This document shows, in pieces, positions 58,466-64,000 of a stretch of DNA of 64,000 nt (within the stretch, counting starts at the first letter, position 1; every line of letters begins with the position of its first letter). Origin of the DNA: Thainema sp. Its GTDB lineage: Bacteria; Cyanobacteriota; Cyanobacteriia; Phormidesmidales; Phormidesmidaceae. Under the pieces are notes generated by a model. That model was not told the origin of the DNA. It saw nothing but the letters and a program-made list of their open reading frames with translations, and searched no databases. The DNA lies in contig JBQLZK010000018.1 in NCBI GenBank assembly GCA_052168235.1, forward strand, positions 21,843 through 85,842, read 5' to 3'. Both the position numbers and the translations under genes were made by a program.

Positions 58466-59248
58466 ATGATTGTTTGCCCAAATTGCAATCACCAAAATCC
58501 AGATGGAGCCGTGCAGTGCGAAGCCTGCTACACGCCGCTGCCAGAGATGATCGCCTGTCCCAACTGTCAAGCCCCGGTGCAGGCCGATGCCAGTTTTTGT
58601 GGACAATGTGGATTCAATCTCCAGGCTGTGCCACCCTCAACTCCTGCCGCATCGGCTTCGCCATCGTCTGATTTGCCAGATTTTGAATCGTTTGCGTCAT
58701 CATCATCGGCTGAAATTCCCGATTTGATGCCCCCCGATCCGCTGGTGCAGCCTGATCCAGTTGCTCCCATGCCTCCCAACACTGAAGCAGCCATGTCCTC
58801 ATCAGAGGCAGCTCAATTAGCAAGTAGTGCCGCCGCAGTCTCCGCGTCATCGCCTCCTGCTCCCATACCTGACGCTGTTGCCCCCCCAGCTCCTCCAGAC
58901 AGCGCAACGCAGTTACAGCAGCAAACGGCCCGCCTGCTGCATATCCAAACCAATACGGTGATTGAACTGCCTGCTAATTTGTCCCTGATTCACATGGGCA
59001 AACCCAACGACCGTATTCCCCCAGATATTGACGTTTCGGGTTTTCCTAGCTCAGAAATTGTTTCACGGGTGCATGCTGATATTCGAGTCGAGGGCGATAT
59101 CTACTATATTGAGGATGTTGGAAGTTCGAATGGTACCTACGTCAACAACCTACCGCTTCCCCTGGGCAATCGCCATCGATTACGTCCCGGCGATCGGATT
59201 GCTTTAGGGAAAGGCGACAAAGTTTCCTTTATTTTTCAATTTTCTTGA
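58466..59248 (+). CDS. fraH: FraH-like double zinc ribbon - Pro-rich linker - FHA protein
   Basis: MIVCPNCNHQNPDGAVQCEACYTPLP, CPNC...FCGQCG, VSRVHA, DVGSSNGTYVN; follows pgl as in Anabaena devB-fraH. Confidence 0.8.
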   Translation: MIVCPNCNHQNPDGAVQCEACYTPLPEMIACPNCQAPVQADASFCGQCGFNLQAVPPSTPAASASPSSDLPDFESFASSSSAEIPDLMPPDPLVQPDPVAPMPPNTEAAMSSSEAAQLASSAAAVSASSPPAPIPDAVAPPAPPDSATQLQQQTARLLHIQTNTVIELPANLSLIHMGKPNDRIPPDIDVSGFPSSEIVSRVHADIRVEGDIYYIEDVGSSNGTYVNNLPLPLGNRHRLRPGDRIALGKGDKVSFIFQFS

Positions 59249-59345
59249 TGTTCTGTTTTATGCGTCAAGATTACACATAGAATCACGAAGGCATTGTTTG
59301 GTTTGCCGCGATCGCTGATTTATCCACACACTGATTCCAGAGAAT

Positions 59346-60899
59346 GTGATTACTCTGCTTCTTCTACATCCGCAAAAAAAGACACCTGTTCAAAACTGGT
59401 CGTTTGAAAACGAATCCGTGATTCGAATTGGACGCTCAACAGACAATCATGTTGTGCTCTACAGTGCTGTCGTCTCACGCCATCACGTTGAACTTCGACA
59501 GCAGGGCAACCAATGGGAGATTGTCAATTTGGGCACAAACGGCACTTATGTTGACGGTAAGCGTATTACCCAGATGCCGGCGCAAGATGGGGTGATCATC
59601 CGCTTAGCCCGCTCCGGTCCCAATATTCAGATTCTCATGGGGCAAGATGCGCTTCAGCATATTCAAAAAATGGCGTCTGAGAATCAGGCGGTTGGCCAGT
59701 CCCAGGTGCCTGTTCCTGGTGGTCGGACGGCGGTGGTTGACGATACTCCTTTAGACGAGGCTGATACGCCACCAAAGTCGTCGGTGATTCCGGTTCCTGA
59801 TCATCTGCGCCTGCCCGATCAGCCGGAGCCAGCACGGGCAGATTACTCTGAGACGACTAGACCCGATACGACCAAATTCGATGCATCGGATGCATCGGAT
59901 TTAAGTGATTTCTTTGATCACAGTTTTGGCATGGATACATCTCACGGGATGGAAACCCATGCTGAATATACAGTGCCGCGTTTGCGACCCAAGCAGCTAG
60001 ATGATGGGCCACCGCTTTCGGAGCAGATGCAAAGTGATTGTCCCCATGCAAATCCGGGCAAGCTGTTTTGCCGTGATTGTGGCAAACCGCTGCATCCGCT
60101 AATGGCGATCGCAGGTTATCAAATCGTGGGACAGCTTGGTCGGGGAGAGGTTGGCGTTACCTACTGGGCGTGGCAAGAGGGCTTCGATCAGGAAGGCCAT
60201 AATGTGGTGATGAAGACGTTAAACCCGGATTGGGCAGGTCATCCCCAGGCACGGGAAGCCTTTCAGCGGGAGGCGGATTTGCTGCATCAACTGCACCATT
60301 CTCGAATTCCCCGTTTATTGGACTACATTGAGGTCAACGGTCAGCTTTACTTGATCATGGAGCTGATTCGCGGGCCGACGCTAGCCCAATGGATTCGGAA
60401 GCAAGGTCCGGTGATAGAGGCGGATGCGGCTCGATGGATGATGCAGCTTTGTGATGTGTTGAGCTATCTCCACCGACAGTCTCCGCCTATTTTGCATCGT
60501 AATTTGAATCCTAGCTCGCTGGTGCTACGCGGTAGCCCGACGGCCCAGCTTGAGCTGGCAGTGGTTAATTTTGATGTGATTGAACATGACTTGCTGGGTG
60601 TGGATCGCCCCAGTGGTTTATCGGTTTATTCTGCGCCGGAGGAAATGGGTGGAGAGTTGGACGCCACTACGGATCTGTATGCGCTTGGCCCGCTGCTGAT
60701 CTTTTTGTTGACGGGACAGTCGCCGGAACTCTATTACGGCACCCGCGATCAAGGCCGACGGCTCTATCCAGAATATGTCACGGGATTATCGAATCAGATG
60801 ACCCACATCATTCGGACATTGACGCATCCAGAGCCAATGGTGCGCTATGCCAGTGCCGAATCCGTCGCAGCAGATTTGCGATCGCTGGCGGAAGGCTAA
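59346..60899 (+). CDS. FHA + Zn-ribbon + Ser/Thr kinase-like protein (probable pseudokinase)
   Basis: FHA (IGR, VSRHH, GTNGTYVDG); kinase GRGEVG, VMK, HRNLNPSS, NFD, APEE. Confidence 0.85.
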   Translation: MITLLLLHPQKKTPVQNWSFENESVIRIGRSTDNHVVLYSAVVSRHHVELRQQGNQWEIVNLGTNGTYVDGKRITQMPAQDGVIIRLARSGPNIQILMGQDALQHIQKMASENQAVGQSQVPVPGGRTAVVDDTPLDEADTPPKSSVIPVPDHLRLPDQPEPARADYSETTRPDTTKFDASDASDLSDFFDHSFGMDTSHGMETHAEYTVPRLRPKQLDDGPPLSEQMQSDCPHANPGKLFCRDCGKPLHPLMAIAGYQIVGQLGRGEVGVTYWAWQEGFDQEGHNVVMKTLNPDWAGHPQAREAFQREADLLHQLHHSRIPRLLDYIEVNGQLYLIMELIRGPTLAQWIRKQGPVIEADAARWMMQLCDVLSYLHRQSPPILHRNLNPSSLVLRGSPTAQLELAVVNFDVIEHDLLGVDRPSGLSVYSAPEEMGGELDATTDLYALGPLLIFLLTGQSPELYYGTRDQGRRLYPEYVTGLSNQMTHIIRTLTHPEPMVRYASAESVAADLRSLAEG

Positions 60900-60981
60900 A
60901 AGTTTTACACCAAAGACTGAACCCATTGGGGCCGGACTTGATCAATACTGAATGAGCGTGTTGACGGTACGAATAGGTTTC

Positions 60982-61692
60982 ATGGCAAAGGGCGATCAAA
61001 TTTATGTGATGCGGCAAATGCCGCTGGTGCCGCATACCTATCAGCATCACGGCATTGACTGCGGCGATGGCAGTGTTATTCACTACCGCAAAGCGGGCGA
61101 GGCCACGATTACTCAAACTGCGATCGCAGAATTTGCTCAGAACCAGCCGATTCGCATCAAGCTGTACATCACTGCTTTTTTGCCGGAAATTGTGGTAAAT
61201 CGAGCGATTAGCCGCTTGGGTGAGCAGCAGTATGATCTGTTCACAAATAATTGCGAACACTTCGCGACCTGGTGCAAAATTGGCCGCAGCGAGAGCGGTC
61301 AGTTAATTAACTATGGTCTCTATCCTGAAATTCTTGATTTTTCCAAATCGCAACCGTTAATTGATCAGGCGACCTATGAGGAAGATCCGGCGCGATCGCT
61401 AGAGCTATTCAAGCAGGCCATTGTCAATCTTTATGAGGCTGAAAAGCAGGTGCGGCCTCAGTATCAGCAAACCCAGGCCGATATTGACACCTGGCATCGG
61501 GTAGCCATGCTAGCACTGAAGCGTGATCGCACGGATTTAGCTCGGGCAGCGCTCCGTCGTAAGTACGATGCTAAACAGCAGCTCAAGCGACTACAACCCC
61601 AGATGGATCAAATTGAGGCGATTCGACAAAATTTACAGGCCAATAGCGATGTTCTGCGGCAACGGATTGAGATGAGTACGCCAACGCTCTAA
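60982..61692 (+). CDS. LRAT/NC-domain protein with PspA/IM30-like C-terminal helices
   Basis: KGDQI, YQHHGIDCGDGSVIHY, YDLFTNNCEHFATWCK; C-terminal W.RVAMLAL..DR.DLARAAL.RK. Confidence 0.8.
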   Translation: MAKGDQIYVMRQMPLVPHTYQHHGIDCGDGSVIHYRKAGEATITQTAIAEFAQNQPIRIKLYITAFLPEIVVNRAISRLGEQQYDLFTNNCEHFATWCKIGRSESGQLINYGLYPEILDFSKSQPLIDQATYEEDPARSLELFKQAIVNLYEAEKQVRPQYQQTQADIDTWHRVAMLALKRDRTDLARAALRRKYDAKQQLKRLQPQMDQIEAIRQNLQANSDVLRQRIEMSTPTL

Positions 61693-61697
61693 CTCAT

Positions 61698-62501
61698 CTA
61701 AGGTAAAATCCCGATGAGAAGGAAGATGGCTCCTAGGATGGCGGTTGCGATCGCAACGTAAAATGCGGTTTTTGCGTTATTGTCGGCGGCTTTGGTCAGT
61801 ACCTCGTAGGGTTTGAGGGTGATGATATATTTTTTGTCATCAAGGGGTTTTCGAATCGCTAGCTTGCCCGTACTATCCGTCACCATACCGACGATGAGGG
61901 CTTCCCGATTCACGGGCAAAATGGATTCTGTGAATCGATAGCCCAGAATTCTGCGACGGGGCGTGGATATGGAATGGCCGATGGAGAAGGAGAACGAACC
62001 GAACGATATTTTGCCAGCCACGTCGTTATCGGGGCGAAACTCATCCAGAATTTTTACGGTTTCGATGTCGGCCTGATCGGGATCGACGGTAATGATACCT
62101 GAGTCGTCGTGTAACTGAAACGGAATTGATTGCTGATTGCGCGAGACGGTTTCGGAACTGCGGCGAGTGGTCTGTTTGGTGTTGCCGTCGTCATCTTTTT
62201 CGGTGACGGTTTCTTCATATTCCTGCGTGACGGTCATGGTGTAGTAGACGCAGGGGGTTTGGTTGAGAGGCGACTGCAGCGGTTGATCAGAGCGAACTTC
62301 TCCCCAAAGCCGCACGTAGTCTTGCCAGTTGCCTGCCCCGATTTCTTTGGCAATATCTTGTGCCAGTTGATGTAAGTCGTTGATAGAAGCGGCACGAGCC
62401 GATTTGATGCTGAAGCTACGCAATTTTTGACTCCGACTGATCCAATAGGCGATCACACTCACAATCAGCAAAATAATGCCAATTACACCGATAGCAGACA
62501 T
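61698..62501 (-). CDS. GIDE-domain membrane protein (no RING finger)
   Basis: N-terminal TM, PLQSPL....CVYY, PFQLHDDSG.I.VDP, GYRFTESILP, C-terminal TM. Confidence 0.7.
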   Translation of the reverse strand: MSAIGVIGIILLIVSVIAYWISRSQKLRSFSIKSARAASINDLHQLAQDIAKEIGAGNWQDYVRLWGEVRSDQPLQSPLNQTPCVYYTMTVTQEYEETVTEKDDDGNTKQTTRRSSETVSRNQQSIPFQLHDDSGIITVDPDQADIETVKILDEFRPDNDVAGKISFGSFSFSIGHSISTPRRRILGYRFTESILPVNREALIVGMVTDSTGKLAIRKPLDDKKYIITLKPYEVLTKAADNNAKTAFYVAIATAILGAIFLLIGILP

Positions 62502-62948
62502 TGCTTAAGCCTCAATTTATTCAGGATGCTAGTTAGTAGAGCTTGGGGATACCGTTTCTCGTGAATGGGGTTGGGGCAGATGTAGGGGAGTAGGGGAGGG
62601 AGCGGGGAGCTGCTTTTAGATACGGAAATTTGGAGAATTGGTATTAGAAACCCGTAAGCTGTTCCCACCTTATGCAAAAACAATTTTGGATTAGGAATTT
62701 AGATACAGATCTTTTCAAACTGCCTGAATTTAGTTGGTACGAGGCTGATGCTGCGAGACTTCCGCCTTGTACCGATTCTTTAAATCGTGATTGCAAATCA
62801 GCTCTCCTGGTTTACTAAACCCTTTCAGAACCAAGAGTGAAGCGCGATCGCACATCTTTGTTTAGCCTGGAGCTGTTGGTTTAAGACGACTATGATCAAG
62901 ATACATCCTGCACCATCGTTATTTAGATAGCAAACCGGGAGCGTATCT

Positions 62949-63509
62949 ATGGTTGCGACTCATCCCCAATCGCGTTTGACTCCGGACGAATATTTTGAGT
63001 GGGAAGCCCAGCAAGAGCTGCGGTATGAGTATTTTGATGGGGATGTGTTTGCGATGACGGGGGGAACATTGCCCCATGCGGATATTGCGCTCAATGCGGC
63101 GAGTATTTTGCGGGAGCAGTTGCGGGGACGATGCAAGGTTCGCAATTCGGATGCCAGGGTTGGCATTACGGAGCAGGGGCCGTTTGTGTATCCAGATGTG
63201 AGCGTGAGTTGTGATGAGCGCGATCGCACGGCTCAGCAGTTTATTTGCTATCCCTGTGTGATTGTTGAAGTGTTGTCGCCGGGAACCGAGGCGTATGACC
63301 GGGGCGGCAAGTTTGCGCTCTATCGTCGGTTGGCGAGTTTGCAGGAGTATGTTTTGGTGGGGTCGGCAGCGAAGACGGTGGAGCTGTTTCGGCGGAGTGG
63401 GGATGGGACGTGGTTGTATGCGCCCTATGAGGATGGGGCAGAAGTTACGCTAACCAGTGTGGGGTTGACCTTATCAGTTGAAGCAATTTATGAGGATGTT
63501 GTGTTTTGA
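62949..63509 (+). CDS. Uma2 family endonuclease
   Basis: RYEYFDG.VFAMTGGT..H, YPDVSVSCD, IVEVLSPGTEAYDRGGKF..Y, LQEYVLV. Confidence 0.92.
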   Translation: MVATHPQSRLTPDEYFEWEAQQELRYEYFDGDVFAMTGGTLPHADIALNAASILREQLRGRCKVRNSDARVGITEQGPFVYPDVSVSCDERDRTAQQFICYPCVIVEVLSPGTEAYDRGGKFALYRRLASLQEYVLVGSAAKTVELFRRSGDGTWLYAPYEDGAEVTLTSVGLTLSVEAIYEDVVF

Positions 63510-64000
63510 GCGAAGTGATCGAGGAGTTCGCGGTGGAGGAAACGATAGCGACCGCCGACCCGTTGCAGCAGTCGTCGCTCGGTGCAGTAGTTGAGGAAGC
63601 GGGCGAGATTCCAGGGGGCAAGGCCACTTTGCCAGAGAACGAGACGGAGGCAAAAATGTTGAATGCATTCAAGTCCACCGCCGACCCAAAATCCAAAAAA
63701 TAGCGATCCAAAGATACCGGGCACTAAAAACTGTGGAAATATTTGCCAGAGATAGTCAAGGATTGCTCCTAAACCGACTCCCTCGCTAATGCCTTCGGCA
63801 ATGACTCTAGGTATTACACCTAAGGATGCGAATGCAACTCCAAGGGGATAACTCAGAACAGTTGTCCATAGAAAGCTCTTGAACGAGTTTCGGATACCCT
63901 GATTAGGTAAAGATCGCAGTTGTAAATCTTGCTTCAGCCCTCCAATCAGCCCTCCAATCAGCCCTCCAATCAGCCCTCCAATCAGCCCTCCAATCAGCCC
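63488..64000 (-). CDS. C-terminal part of a membrane NACHT-type NTPase (runs off window)
   Basis: Open frame from 64000: (GLIG)n, PNQGIRNS, TM segments, GGLECIQHFCLRLVLW..G.APWN..RFL.YC.ER.LLQRVGGRYRFLHR.L.DHFA; NTPase domain itself lies outside the window. Confidence 0.8.
   Translation of the reverse strand, partial: GLIGGLIGGLIGGLIGGLIGGLKQDLQLRSLPNQGIRNSFKSFLWTTVLSYPLGVAFASLGVIPRVIAEGISEGVGLGAILDYLWQIFPQFLVPGIFGSLFFGFWVGGGLECIQHFCLRLVLWQSGLAPWNLARFLNYCTERRLLQRVGGRYRFLHRELLDHFAQNTTSS
63935..64000. repeat. 12-bp perfect tandem repeat (CAGCCCTCCAAT)n encoding GLIG
   Basis: At least 5.5 copies up to the window end. Confidence 0.95.

Noticed and set aside
1..64000. High density of GCGATCGC as a novel repeat
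   Set aside because: This is the well-known cyanobacterial HIP1

Overview
Chromosomal window from a cyanobacterium. HIP1 (GCGATCGC, mostly as TGCGATCGCA) is very frequent, and OCP, FraH-like and HpsJ-like genes suggest a filamentous, Leptolyngbya-like strain (inference). Housekeeping genes (murG, glcE, bioY-lspA, uup-like ABC-F, purD, trpG/pabA-dgkA, mobA, proA-like, nusB, pgl) alternate with accessory blocks: (1) an ocp-crtW-frp photoprotection operon with four HLR1-like boxes upstream; (2) a 3.3-7.2 kb patch with two different higher-order tandem arrays, two unknown genes, a REP-like element, an AT-rich DUF4238 gene and a compact promoter + ~230-nt highly structured leader + 94-aa ORF cassette; (3) a PEP-CTERM metalloprotease / TpsA-like / TPR-CHAT / DUF928 / CHASE2-GGDEF locus; (4) a SAM methyltransferase paired with an unusual TrmB-like/DUF2156-like fusion; (5) fraH, an FHA pseudokinase, an LRAT-PspA-like fusion and a GIDE-like protein. 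There are many short TIR-bounded hairpin elements, one apparently inserted into a terminator stem with a 3-bp duplication. I found no rRNA, tRNA, CRISPR array or intact transposase. All family calls come from motif recognition by eye; no database searches were run.
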